A stretch of DNA of 64,000 nt from Patellaria atrata CBS 101060 (lineage: Eukaryota), in the NCBI GenBank assembly GCA_010093705.1, contig MU006092.1, positions 192,623-256,622 of the forward strand, given 5' to 3'. The translations under genes and the position numbers were made by a program. Positions 1 to 13,639 of this stretch are shown here, in pieces (position 1 is the first letter of the stretch; each line of letters opens with the position of its first letter). The notes under the pieces are model-generated. The model searched no databases and had not been told where the DNA came from. It saw nothing but the letters and a program-made list of their open reading frames with translations.

Positions 1-228
1 CGGGGAGCCGCGGCGGCGGGGACGGATTTGGTCGCGGCGAGCTGATGGGAGGAGGTAGCAGAGGCGTAGGTCGATGAGGTTGACGAGAAAGAGTGCGAGG
101 AGGAAAAGGAAGACAAAGACCTTATAGCGATCAGGCGCGGATATTAGGCCATTTTGGTTTGTGAGAAGAACAGTTAGGCCGCAGAAGTAAATGGGGAGGG
201 AAAGGATGATGAACCTGCGGGATTGCAT
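1..228 (-). CDS. Possible 5' part of a small membrane protein, truncated by the window edge
   Basis: ATG at 228 in a CTCAAAATG context. The frame is open to base 1 (MQSRRFIILSLPIYFCGLTVLLTNQNGLISAPDRYKVFVFLFLLALFLVNLIDLRLCYLL...) with two hydrophobic stretches. No recognised homology. Confidence 0.35.
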   Translation of the reverse strand, partial: MQSRRFIILSLPIYFCGLTVLLTNQNGLISAPDRYKVFVFLFLLALFLVNLIDLRLCYLLPSARRDQIRPRRRGSP

Positions 229-602
229 TTTGAGGTGGGGTTGAGGTGAGGTAGAGAGTTAGAGAGTCAAGGCATGATGGAAACCTTATAGATTTTTAGG
301 CGGACCTTAATTGGCGTGAGGTGCGTTTGTCGTTCCATCTATTACGCGATCCATGCTTGTATTGAGATGGAAATTTGTGGACAGGTAGAAAGTTGTTCAG
401 GGTGAGCAAGCCTACAACCGCACACGTGGGGCAACAAGCACAAGTTACTGTAAGATAGCACATCAAGCAGAAATGGATCGCTCCATTCTTGCTTTCCAAT
501 TATTTGATCTGTGGTACAGTACAACAAAACTAGAATCGTTTTACACGAAGACGCTGAAACTTCAAAAAGGCGTTCCTCGTTCTTCGTACTATTCTCCACA
601 GT

Positions 603-2092
603 CTATACAGCCTGAGGTTGTCCAAGCCGTAATGCTAACAGAGCACGCACATCCGTCAGATACTGTAGGCCTTCAAACAGCGGTATAAGGTTCAATAGAT
701 CATTATCCGTGGGATCACTTATCCAACCTTCAATGGGTATTGCATTGTCTGAGCAATGTTAGACGTCACTCAGAAGAAAAATACGCCACAATGCTCACCT
801 TCATGAAAAATATAGCTCATCGGACTGTTATCAAGAATCATAACCTTACTAAGGTCTGGTTCAACTTGACTCAAGTCCTTAATGTACGCGCCGTTCCGAA
901 ACGTACAGTGCTGCCTATAGTACCGCCCTGCAAAATACTTCCTCTCAAGCTCCAGCCAGTCAATGACTGGATCTGCGTACTCTTGTACAGATGCTGTGAA
1001 GATAATTAGGTTGTACCATCGGGACACTTTCCGTAGAAATTCATCACAATGCGGCCGTTTGTGGACATAGTACAGAATTGGAACCTGAGGTCCAATCACC
1101 TGCCCACCTGCACCCACAGCTTGGTTAAGCTTGACTTCCACCATATGCCCGGTGGTATAACGGCCACCCTTTGCCATACTATGTATCAGAGTCTCATCAA
1201 GGTCAATGATTAGGGTCTTCTGATGAGGTAGTCCCGCCCCTTGGGGGTTGGTAGGGTTGCTATATGAAGGCTGCCGTCTTGGTATCAAAGGTCTTGGTGG
1301 AGCAGGCGCACGGGGATACTTCGTCGCTTTCGCAGCAACGGGATTTATTGGCGATTTGAGAGCAGCTGCTGCCTCTTCGGATACTTGCTCAGACGAAGTC
1401 GGGTTAGACGTCTTCCCCGAGGCCGACTTCCTTTGCTTCCGTTTCAATACCTCGTCATTATGTAACTTGATACGTATGGATCGCTTAGCAGGGGTAATCT
1501 CGTCAGAAGTGGAGGAGGCTCCAGTTTTCGACCTTGTGTTTCGCGAGGGGGTATCTTGTTCCTTGCTATCACCAGTGGATGGACGTTCGCTGTCGTGCTC
1601 GGAATCAGACGTCACAGCTGTGGATGTGGATGCTACAGATGGAGATCTTCTCGACTGTCTTTTCATCCGACTTTTGCTCTCGTGAGACTTCTGCGATCGC
1701 TGGCGTCCCATAGCCTTTCCGTCTTCAATCACATTTTTCGTCTTCCGCCTCTTCTTGAAAAGCTTCTTATTTAGATTATAGATTGGCATTAAAGTAGAGA
1801 AATGTCCTTCTTCGTCGTAGAAGCATGCTATGACATATCTGCCTGGTGTAACAACCATGGATAACACCATCCGTACAACACCAATGAAGCTACTTGCGAT
1901 TCGTTTTGGTATAAGCCATCGACTGGACTGCTGAGGGGCATTGAACGGCTCTGGCTCACGTTGATCTAGGAGCGGTATCTTCTCATCGTTGTATTGCGCC
2001 ACGTCGTTGTTGTCCTCCTCCATCGCATCCTTTTCCTCCTTGATACCCATGGATTTGGCGTCCTCTTTGAAACCAGCTATCCAAGTCCGCAT
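603..2092 (-). CDS. NEM1: Nem1/CTDNEP1 (Dullard)-type HAD phosphatase of the FCP/SCP family, catalytic subunit of the Nem1-Spo7 complex. Exons 2092-799 and 748-603.
   Basis: KTLIIDLDETLIHS (DxDxT motif), YYVHKRPHCDEFL, FTASVQEYADPVIDWLE and YIKDLS..ILDNSP. A GTGAGC...CTAAC...CAG intron (798-749) joins to DNAIPIEGWISDPTDNDLLNLIPLFEGLQYLTDVRALLALRLG. The start codon is uncertain and upstream exons are possible. Confidence 0.9.
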
Positions 2093-2886
2093 GTTATTCT
2101 TGCATGAGGATATTTATAACCTAGGTAGCGACCTCAATGCTCCAGGAATAAGGTAAGATGAATGCGCCAGTCGACGAAGCTCACAACCAGGAAGAACAGA
2201 CAGACTTTAAAGCTGTACTAGCATTTATCATAGTCCATAACCAGTTATGATTACTTAACAGGTCTTCTGATCCAATATCTATCCAGATGAGGCTCAGCGC
2301 AAAGCGGGTATTAAGGCGCACCGGCGCTCCGGCTATGTTATGGGTAAACACGAAGGATTAGTGAGGGATGATGGTGTACTCCTAGACGGGTAACAGTTGC
2401 TTGACTGAACAATACCGTACTGCAAGAACGTCGCAAAAGGGCAATCAGACTGTACAGAGAACAGACGATGATGTGAAGTTGTTGAGAGAGGTTGGTGAGC
2501 ACGGGATGTTTGTTCGAGGAGCTTGGACCAAGAACTTCACCAGGATGACGATGCTTACCTTAAGCACTAACTCAAGGCGTTCGCGGCCCGAAATGTTGCC
2601 GTGGGACCTCCGACTCATAGAACTAGTTTTACTTTGAATTGAAGCTTTTTGAAAGAATATCAATAACGAAAATGCCAATGAAAGAAACTCACGACGCCCT
2701 AACTAGATAAAGTCCTCTAGATATCAAGGAGATTCTCAACTACAGTGTCCTCATACTCTCTCGTCCCAACTTCAGTCAATCTGGAACTCCCTCCACTGCG
2801 GGGCAGGAATATTTCGATATTTAGGGTTGCGCATTATAAGAAGACAACCAGGACGAAACACAAATACAGATACTGGTCGTAACGCC

Positions 2887-4383
2887 ATGCCTTCCCAGGC
2901 TGGTGTAATCACACCTGGTCTTCCTTCATTTCTGAGGTCCTTGAAAGCGAATCCTGTAGAGACCTCCATAGAGAATCTGATATCGTGAGTCCTCTGCATG
3001 CAGCTTCATTTTCTTTCCAGCATACTAATACCGGATAGACTATTGAAACGAAGACAAATACAAAACTCACGATCATGTGCTATTGCGACTACACAACTAT
3101 TCCTCCGCGTGGTAGGCGAGTTCCGTGGAAGGGATGTTGAGAAACTGCTCCAGCGCGTAAAGGATGTGGGACGACGATTGACCGCAGCGCAGCCTCGAGA
3201 GATGGCCGTTGGTAATATCGTGCGTCGAGTATTGGACCTTGTGAGAGAGGTATCAGAGGGAGGTAGCGAAGGGGAGACGAACATGAGTGAATCCGACACA
3301 AACGCTGCGAATAACGGACCAAAAGATACAACACATCGACCTCCGCTCGCATCAAGTATCTCCACCTTTAGTCCATTGAAACATGGCGCTGTCCAACCAT
3401 TGGATCATAATCTAACGTTCGACGGGACCGGAGACTCGCCAGACCAAACTCAAAGACCACCTCTCCTTACATCTCATACGTCGTATGCAGCTTCAGCTGC
3501 AGCTCCTCTAGTCACATCACTATTTGGTCTCTTCCAAAATCCCGACACCCCATCACCAAGCTCGACTCCTGTCGGATATTCCTCACCTAACTCGAAACCT
3601 ACACTCACAGCTCAAAGTCTTGCCGGGCTCGGAGACGCAGTCAGCGAAAAACTTGACATCAAAGCCGAAGTTCTCGAGGGGATTCGGGACCTGCTAGAAG
3701 AGTTAGATCAGGTAGATGAACGAATCGCCGCTTACGCCCTAGAGCACATCCATACCAACGAAATTATTCTAACACATACTGCCTCTACCACCGTCCACCG
3801 CTTTCTACTAGCTGCTGCTAAAAAGCGAAAATTCACCGTCATCCATACGGAATCTTATCCAAATGATCACAAAGCAACCCACGCAACGATTCTAGATGGC
3901 AAGAAGAATGGTGATGACCCTGATCCTGACGAGGTCTTCAAGCCCCTAACCACTGCTGGAATAACCGTCATTTTGATTCCCGATTCCGCAGTCTTTGCCA
4001 TAATGTCTAGGGTTAATAAGGTCATTTTAGCAACACATACCGTCCTCGCAAACGGAGGTCTAGTCGCGGCTAGCGGTGCAAAGACGATCGCAAAGGCAGC
4101 CAAGGTGCATCAGACGCCCGTCATCGTGGTTAGCGGTGTTTACAAGCTCAGCCCGGTGTATCCCTTCGACATCGATGAGCTGATAGAGTACGGTGATCCC
4201 GGAAACGTGGTGCCATATGAGGAGGGCGAGTTCGTTGAGAAGGTTGAAGTCGTTAATCCTCTATATGACTATGTACCTCCAGACTTGGTGGATCTATATA
4301 TTACAGATACGGGTGGTCATGCACCATCATATCTATACAGAATCGTGGCGGATCATTATAGGATGGAGGATGTTAATCTATAG
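2887..4383 (+). CDS. GCD7: Translation initiation factor eIF2B beta subunit. Exons 2887-2984 and 3039-4383.
   Basis: MPSQAGVITPGLPSFLRSLK exon, then a GTGAGT...ACTAAT...TAG intron, then LLKRRQI...AQPREMAVGNIVRRVL. The IF-2B domain shows EHIHTNEIILT, IPDSAVFAIMSRVNKVIL, GVYKLSP and NPLYDYVPPDLVDLYIT. Confidence 0.95.
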
Positions 4384-6650
4384 TGGTTGACTAATTTGAG
4401 AGATTAAAATAGCCTTTGAAATATTATACCAAACAAATGAAACATATCGAGAACTTGCATATTCCGTGGATCCACCTTAGTCATACAATACCGTGCATAA
4501 CCTGGAGTAGGACGGCTGCGTAAGATCCTCTGGACCTAAGGACATGGATATATTATTCGCCAAATTCTATAATGAACGGCAGAATACGCTCCGAGCAAAG
4601 CTTCCCCCCTGGCAAACAGTACTCCACTGCAGGACGGTATTACTAGAGTGAAATCGTGAGCACACTTACTTGTGGCGTTGATGGTGAGATTCGAGCTGAA
4701 TAGATCTGTTGTCATATTGATTGGTATACTGGAATAGTGCAATATGTCTTGAGCCAAGAGTCAACCAGGTATACCTGTATCATACGGCGGTCAAGATAGG
4801 AGAGACGTAAGTCTATGAAATCAACCGTGGTAGAGTACGACTAGCAGGCATTCTCTGCGAGAATCTCTAACCGGGATGGTCCGGATCGTAGGACTGCGCC
4901 GTGCTGTATGAACAAAGTCGCAGCCGAGCCGATCTGTACTGTATCATTGCGTTATATATTCTGAGCAGGCTCTTGGTCCAATCGAGTAGTAGAATACGAC
5001 CGCGTCTTACTGTCAGAGCGAAACCTCGACTGAGCTAATGTGTACGGTATTACCAAGCGAAACTACTTAGAGAGATCCGCAAATGGACTTGTCTGTACAA
5101 GATAACTGTAGAGTACATTCAAGACGAAGGCCTGAGTGGGAGTTTCTGTATGATATGATAGTGAGTATGAAAGACACGCTCTTGAATGCAAGGTAAACGC
5201 CTTGCAGTACGCCTATGCAGTTGACTCCGTACGAAGACGCGTGTAGACATATCTGTGCCATATGAAAACGCAGTACGCCTTGTAGGAAATCTCAGTAAAC
5301 ATATCTACACAACTATGAGTCTTAGAATGGAAGAGAGTACTACACAGCTTGACTACGAATATGTAGGATACCAAAGAGAGACAACATGGTCTATATCATA
5401 TGACCACACATGACAGAAAAGGGGAATGTAGGCCATGCGAGAAGACGGAGAGTAGTGGAATTCAAAGAATACTGTTATATTGAGAGCAGTATGTTCTAGA
5501 CGATATATTCACGTAGCCTATGCTGCGAGATAGATAACATCAAAGGAAACGCGTACAGACGGAATCTCATTCTCAAACCGGATTCCTCTATACGGTGTAG
5601 ACAGTTAACCATATTTCTGCTTACTGGTACTCACACGTCAAAGAAAGTCCTGTTTCCTAGACTGTGCAAGAACGATAAACAAGCATCAAGGTCAATACCT
5701 CTACTTCGTAGTTTATAAAGCTCTATGACGGCGTAACATCTGCAAGATGTGCCCTTTGTCGGCAAGGAGACGTTTCATGATCGCTTACGCAGGTGCCTCT
5801 GATTGGAGATTCGGGCATCCGAAGTTTCAATGTCGTGTTTTGTTAGATGGTGGAGCTGTTGGAGTATTGGTCCTACTGGCGACCGGGGCTGATGTTGAAG
5901 TATGAGTCTTTGGTGGATCTATCAGCTGTCAGTTGTCAGCCACGGAGTAGTATGGAGCACGAAAAAGCCTATCTTCAACAATTATCAGTTTCGTCTTCAA
6001 CTGACTCTACTATCTCAACAGATATCTCAACGACTATTAGATATATTGAGATCTGGATACGTGTTCTCTGTAGCTCTTCAGTATATATAGAAATTCCTTC
6101 AGTAGATAGTTAGAAAATCAAGCGATATATTCAGTGCACCTGCAGATCCAGTTTATCTAACATGTTCTGACTATTAAACTGTTTGATGTTTGGTGTTGGT
6201 GGCCCGTTTGTTTGTAGAACTAGAAGACCGCACCACCAACCATAAACTCTTAGAAACTTTTCCCGCACTCCCACAGTGCACGTCCAGTCATATCACCAAT
6301 TCTATCATTTTACTTGGGATATGAAACTTATTTATTTGCTTGTTTGAACTTTCCCTTCTTATCATAGTACATCAATACCGGCTTATCGCCGCGTCATCCC
6401 TCAGCTGTGTCCCACCTTTGAAGGTAACATCCATTCGATATCCACCGTCACGCAAAATACCTACAACATACTTGGCCTCAGGGCCTTCTCATTCATTCCT
6501 AACTAGCATATATTTGCAAGGTAGGTCCTTAAACACCTCAACGATCAATTAGGGCTCCGACAAGAGTCCACCTCTCCCGACCCTCTGCTTCTCAACCCCT
6601 CAATTGCTATCCATATCCATATCTAGAATTTATTACTAAGAAGCTCAGCT

Positions 6651-9189
6651 ATGAGGTCCCATATTGCATCTAGGTTGCGAAGCTCCTCACTCAGCGCGGT
6701 TCCGCCCCCACAATCATCCTCCGATTACTCTATCTCCCTTGCTACTGCGGCTGCTAGTATCTTATACCGCTCTCCTATTCCCTCGGACAGTGGACATCCT
6801 ATTTATATTCTCAATGCTGCCGCGTTCCCTGATGTTGCAGAGGCAGACTACGATGGGCTTCTTCCGTATGTCTTAGCGAGACTCCCCGGTGAGGATGAGT
6901 TGATCAGCGGAAAGGAATATGAGGTCATTTTTTTCGCCGGAGGCGGTTATGACGGTGCGGGTACCCAAAGAAAGAATAGGCCTGGTTGGGGGTGGTTCAT
7001 ACAGGCATATCACGTTCTATCGAGAGCAATGAGAAAGCGGCTGAAGAAACTATACATTGTGCACGAGAGAAGCTGGGTTAGAATCTTAGTCGAGATGTTC
7101 TCAACCATTGTGAGCCCAAAATTCAGGAGGAAGATTGTACATGGTAGGACTTCTTTCTTTGAAATGTTAAACCCCTATTAATCGCTTTTTGTCAGTGTCT
7201 ACGCTCAGCTATTTAGCGCTACACATTCCTATCGAGAACCTCTTGATCCCCCCTTCTGCTTATCTACATGACCGACGATTATCTCCCGATATCTATGCAC
7301 CATACGCCACCGGACGTCGCGCTTATTCCGCAAAAGATCCATTTCCGAAGAGTAAGGATGGAAAGACAAGACTTCCTAGGATCTTGAGAGAAACTACTTC
7401 CTTTCTCATATTGGATGACAATGTGCAGACGGAAGGATTATTCAGAATACCGCCAAATGCTCAACTTCGTGGTATCTTGCGGGAAGCATATGATCGAGGC
7501 CAAAAATTCATTGTGTGGAAAGACAATGGCGTCGAGTTGCCCATACCTCCATATAAGGACGCGGAGGATCTCAAAACCATCATATATGAAGTTGATTCTA
7601 GAGATGCGTACAGTGTACACCTTGCTGCGAGTCTGATCAAGCATTGGTATGCTGAGCTTCGACAACCTATCTTTCCCCACTCTGTGTACCGAGATATCAA
7701 GACTTCCTTTAACGATATCCAACTGGAAATCACGTTAGACAAACTGACCGATTTGTTTTCCCCCAAATCCGAATGGTCTTGTTTGCCGGGAATTTCCCGT
7801 GAAATCCTTATACGGCATCTATTCCCGTTACTAGCATATGTTACAAAATATTCGGATCAGAATCAAATGAGTCCTGAGAACCTTGCTGTCTGTTTTGCGC
7901 CTGCTATGCTCTGTGGTCCAGATCAACTAGAAGACGCTAAGGTTTCCTCAATTATTCGACGCATTCTAACTGCGGCGATCGAGCAATGGCCTTTGGGACT
8001 TCGATCTGCTTGCGGAAAGGAGGATTCAGACTTTCAAAATGAATTGCACCTCCCAGAAGACCCAAAAGAATGGGAAGATCCTCTAGTTGGTACTGGTTAC
8101 TCAGATGCTACAGCTGCAGGTACTGTAGTTCCAGTTGAATCTGAGTCTCAATTTACAGGTATCATTATGGAGGATAACGACGCCAGAGAGGAGGGTTTAC
8201 CGCCTCCTTTACCTCCAAGACCTAGGGCAGCATCTCCAGCACGCTCTTCAGGGACGGCATCGCAAGACTCATTGAAACGGAAACCTGCTCCCGAGGTGAC
8301 TGTTCCACCGCGTTACTCAACTATCATATATGACAACCCACCAGATATGGCAGAATCTCCCGTAAGCTACGGGGCAGTTGCAGATGGTTTTGGTCCTCGT
8401 CGCTCTTCAGGCTTTAGTTTCTCCGAGGATAAAAAGTCCGGTACGCATGGTTCTAGCGAGTCTTCTTCTATTTATATCCCGAAGCGCGGGTCCCTGACTA
8501 CAGAGCAGAAACCTAAAGCTGATAATGTCGGCGCTGCACTGCAAAGCAGCACATCCGAATCTCACACCCAGATTCCACTACATGGCCTCATGGCCCAAAT
8601 GATGAATGCAAATAATGTCAAAAGGAAGCCATTGAGCTCGACTGCTTCTCCAATCTTACCCTCCGGCGAGTGGGGCCCACCAGAAAATGCTGAAAGCACT
8701 GTGCCGTTTGAGGATCTCAGGAACTCTGAAAGCACTAAATCGCCTGAGGACTTCAAGAAACCTTCATGGCCTGCTTCAGCACGAAAACCTTCGAATCCCA
8801 TTCCCGGCGCCGCGCCTCCATCCCTTTCCGCACCAGATCGTCCTCGAGCACCTACTATCAATTCCCTAGCGCGGCCTGTATATCCCGCAAATACCCCAGC
8901 ACCCCAGCTGCAACCGTCACAAAAGTCTTCAACAATTCCCCTACCTTCTGTTCCTCGGAGAGTCATATCACCCGGCCTCCTCAACCGCATGCCCTCCTTC
9001 GAACCCAAAGGGGGAAAAACTACACCTCCGCAGACATTAGTACCTCGAAAACTCAACCTCAAGAAGCAAAGTGTAGATGATCTTCGTAGACTGTATGAGG
9101 AAAGAGCGGGGACTGCGAGGACGTTGGTGGAGTTGGAAATTGAAAGGAGGGGTAGTGTGAAGGGGAGGGAGGGATCAGTGGTTGAATGA
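6651..9189 (+). CDS. Rho GTPase-activating protein with an N-terminal CRAL-TRIO/BCH domain (Ecm25/p50RhoGAP-like) and a proline-rich tail. Exons 6651-7143 and 7196-9189.
   Basis: BCH-like segment WFIQAYHVLSRAMRKRLKKLYIVHERSWVRIL..SPKFRRKIVH is joined in frame across intron 7144-7195. The RhoGAP arginine finger TEGLFRIPP and NQMSPENLAVCFAPAML are present. Confidence 0.9.
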
Positions 9190-10462
9190 AGCATTGAAAT
9201 TCCATTAATATCATAGGCAGCTGCTCTTCTTCTTCTTTGGTTACTGGCATTGCATGTTGTATTGGAGTATTGGGACACATATACCAAAGTTGGATTGCGT
9301 GATTGTTATTAGTTCTCTTAGATACTTGCGTAGGAGCAGAGTAGTGGATTTGATACCCGATTGAATATGTGGAACAATTCATTCTTTTACTCAGTTCTAT
9401 ATGTGTTCCTTGCTACATATCAGTGAAATCGTGAATACGATGTCTGGTCAAGGTCAACCTGATCGCTCTCGATCTAGATATGCCCCCATTTCAATCCCTA
9501 CACTCCTATTATAACCTGAACCCCCTTCTACCTACTTCCCTCCTTTCTGTCTAGATCACACTCTCAGCCCATCGATGTCAAGAAACTATACTCTGTTGTG
9601 TTGGTAACCATTATACGCTTTCGCTATCTACTCCACTCTCCTCCTCGTCACTTATCTCATCACTCTCTGTCTCTATAATGTCGCTGCCTTGTATGCTCTA
9701 CTCGTCCTCTATTTAGTAATGGAGTAAACTTTGTGATCTGATAAGGGAATGGATCATATAAGTATGTGACGGATGGTTTATATAATTATAGAAAGAGTAC
9801 AAAATACCGTACCGGGGGGGTCGATAATTCGGTAAATTCACAGATTACACTATGCGTAAAGAACGAGTAGCACGGCATAAAAGGAGCAAGCACTAACTGA
9901 ACGAGTGATGGGTACATATCAATCGGCGCTTTGCGGAACTCATATGCATATAACACTGGCCTACGTAGACAGTAGAAATATATCGGATGTCTCTACATTA
10001 AGCAACTATTCAGTCAATATGGAAATCTCAACAGCGACAGACCAAGGAGATACATCTGTCACGTCACATTAGAACGAATAAGTCCTCCTTCCAATTATCG
10101 TGAGGACCTCTAACTTATTCTAGCCCTCCTATCCTACTTGAAACACAAACGTGTCCCCGGTAAGTAAATCCCACAAGCCACCATAACCGTATATGAAGAG
10201 CAAGGTAAACATGATAATAACTCCGTACATTAGGGTCAGACCGCCTGCAATGGGTGTGACGAGTTCAGGCATGGTGGGTGGAAGTTGGAGAATTACAGGA
10301 TTCCGGGATGAACGGAGAGTGGTTGATCTTTAAAGAGAAGGGGGGGAGGTTTGGGGTTGTGAGGGTACAAAAGAAATATGATCGGATTGAACAAGTTGTA
10401 ATTGAACAATACTTCGCAAGTGGACGATGTGCTTGGAGTGTGGATATTGTTGAAGATGTGTG

Positions 10463-10765
10463 GTATACTTGAACTGTACAGTATGCTTGAACTGTACAGT
10501 ATGCTTGAACTGTACAGTATGCTTGAACTGTACAGTATGCTTGAACTGTACAGTATGCTTGAACTGTACANNNNNNNNNNNNNNNNNNNNNNNNNNNNNN
10601 NNNNNNNNNNNNNNNNNNNNNNNNNNNNNNNNNNNNNNNNNNNNNNNNNNNNNNNNNNNNNNNNNNNNNNGTACAGTATGCTTGAACTGTACAGTATGCT
10701 TGAACTGTACAGTATGCTTGAACTGTACAGTATGCTTGAACTGTACAGTATGCTTGAACTGTACA
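10463..10765. repeat. 18-bp tandem repeat (GTATGCTTGAACTGTACA)n interrupted by a 100-N assembly gap
   Basis: Six units lie before the gap (the first is a GTATAC variant) and five full units plus a partial one lie after it. The true copy number is unknown. Confidence 0.98.
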
Positions 10766-13639
10766 CCACACCTGAATCATACATCACGGCCAAATACGAG
10801 TAGACACTAGAGAAACGAGCCGACTGTCCAACGAAAATATGTACAGTATAGGTTACCCGACACACCTATAACTCTTCGCAGTTCCCCGAGAACGACCATT
10901 CTATGTGAACAACGAAGTATCCAGGTGTGGAAGCATGATGGGTCGGTTGCGATATCGTTCGTACGGAGCAGAGCGTGAGACGGGGGAGTGTATGATTATC
11001 TGAATCTGCAATTGAAGGAAGGGGGGGGGGGGGGGGATACGTGAGGTTAGGAAAGGAGGGATCCGCAATTGGGACGAAGATATTGGGTGAAGGAGTGAGA
11101 TATAGTAAGGAGCCCACGGAGTAGAAATTGACAAGGATTGGATAGCCGTATGGTGAAGATATTCCTTATTTCGAAACTTGAAGAGACTTTCCTGCGTATG
11201 ATGAGACTTCAATTGCGGTGATATGCTACTGTAACCGCTTTTAGACTCTAGATAAGAGAGGAAAGTAGAGAGAATAAGGGGAAAACTATCACAATGAGTC
11301 GTTAGAATATGACCTAGACCTCTAACTCTCGCCTCGAACTGAAAACCTCGCCTTGGATATTATCGAAATAAACCAGAACATGCTCGTAAGTCATATGCTG
11401 CTATCATCTAATGCTAGATATCCCATACACAAAAACTGATAACTGTACAACGAAGCCCAAAGTCCATAAGAAGCACCATAACTCATCAGAGCGATACAAA
11501 ATCAAAGACCCCGTCTGACGCTCCAGACTTGCAACCAAGACCAAAACCCAACCACTAATTCCTCAACGTACAGAGAGACAATGTTGCCCCGAAAAGGAAT
11601 CCCTACCGCAAGCTCAGGAGACATATCCTACCTACATAGTGTCAAAACAGCAAGCGTTCCGAGTCGAATATACACGATATCGTGTGTAAGTCACACCACC
11701 TACCCCACGTCTCAGTCGCCGTCGCACAGCCCACCGCTCTTCTTGTACCACGGTGACACGGCGCGCGTTCGGACGTTGGAGAGGAGACGGTACACTGCAG
11801 ATGCTCGCTCTGAGACGGCTTAGACTTTGGACTCGGGCTGATTGTTTGTATCGTCTCTTTGACCTTTTCGGAATAATGGAGATGTGATTGCAGTGGGGAA
11901 TGCTGTGTGATAGACTAAGGTGATCGTTTGAGATGACTCATGAGTGAGTGGGATGGGGGCATGAAAACTCGATGGAAGAGCCGCATGGAAGAAACCTTTT
12001 AAGGCAAAGTAAGGGAGAGAGATCTGAGAGGTGGAGGAGCCTCCGGGACTGGGAACTATCGGATATCTACCGTTATGGGTGCGATTCTATTTTCCCATCT
12101 TGCTTGTTGAAGAATGAGGCAAAGTGATGAATTTGTTTCCCAAGATCCACCCCCACAGAAGATGCGAGCATAGGGTCATGAGAATGATCAAAGGCGTGGA
12201 CCGAAGTAAGGGGTATTTGCGTGCGGGATAACATGGAAATTTCTCTTTACCATAAGTTATTCTCGACTCAATCTATCTCATTCTCCAACTTCTTTCCCAA
12301 GGCGTCGAATGATGTCGTCAACTACTTTCAGCTCGAAAAATTCTCACACGACTCGCATATTCCCGTTCGAGCACACCGCGCGCCCCCCCTCCCCCCCCTC
12401 CTTCCCCCTTCCCCCCATCCCTAGGCTAAGAGCTTTAGCTCCGATCTCGAGCCAGAGAAAGAGGCGATGGGTCCTGCGTTAGCCATCTAGGCGAATATTG
12501 ATCGCGATGTTAGCGTCACCATCAGACATGGAATCGTCACGTCGCGATCGTAGGAATCAACCTGGTTCGCCGGGAAGTCAATTTTCCACAGATACGGCTG
12601 ATCATCTTTGCGTTATGCTGGGTCGATGAGGCGGGCTGCCGAATCTCCGGTGGTTCCTCCGGTTAGCGGTATAAGTTGGTGAAAGAAGCTGTGACGGAGG
12701 TGTTTCCGTTAGTAAAGAAGCTAAGTGGGATCATGGGGAAATTGAGATCTTTTGACCTGCTTTGTTAGTAAATCGTTCCTCGTTAGTTCATACTCTGATT
12801 GGAGATCTTGGAAGAGATTGTTATTCTTAGTGGCTGAGAGTTGCGAGATCTAGTTCTAGCAGGGTTCAAAATGTGGGACACGATCTCATCTGAACAGTTA
12901 GCTGCCGAAATCGACTGGTCCTAAGGGTCAGGTCTCGGACTCGATATTATTACCTGGTATTGATATTCGGACGGTTCATCCGATATCACGATAAAAGCCA
13001 CGGGAGAGTACGTAAGGTTCGGCTCGGTGACAGCTTCTCGGACGACTCCACTTTCCCTCTCAAAACGTACTTTTGCATCCCGCTGCCCATTTGGGACGGA
13101 ATGACAACTCAATGCCAGCAAGGAACGAGAAAGTCAAAACCCATTTTTCTCGTTTCGGACCTTGGTGCATTTCCAGAACTAACTCTTTCTTCGTCAATTG
13201 GGTGGAAAACGCTCCGACACGGCTCGCATGGTGTGTGGAATGAAAACCGGATCGAGTCTCTGGAGACCTGATTATTGCGCTTCTTTGCGCGATGATAACA
13301 CTACGTGAAGCTAGAGAAAAACATTAATAGAAATATAGCATGATACATGACGATAGAACTCTAGCTATCATGGTGTTGGAGATCGACAATCGCTCCATGA
13401 CTCTCCCGTACGTACGAGATCTGGCGCGCGAGCCGTCTGTTATCAAGTGCTGCAATAAACTTCGCATCATTCCCGTTTGCGTGCCGTTCCCGAGAACCTT
13501 CGACCTTTTCATCTTTTCAAGCCTCAAAATCAATCAAAGTTATAGCCAAGAAATCGGGGGGCCGCCCGCCCCCAGAGAGCCCTGTGCGCGAGCACATACC
13601 CTTTCGTACCTGTCGTACATCTGCTCCAAGAGGTACGCG

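Noticed and set aside
1248..1685. 145-aa plus-strand ORF, and similar antisense ORFs at 8562-9287, 25443-26063, 26289-26870 and 26789-27370
   Set aside because: These are shadow ORFs opposite well-supported genes.
4536..6113. Short ORFs between GCD7 and the RhoGAP gene
   Set aside because: No recognisable domain or consistent exon chain could be assembled.
10265..10865. ORFs with CTVQAY, YSSSIL, LELYSM and LNCTVC repeats, and a CRISPR-like appearance
   Set aside because: These are translations of an 18-bp minisatellite across an N gap. The units are contiguous with no spacers, and the genome is eukaryotic.
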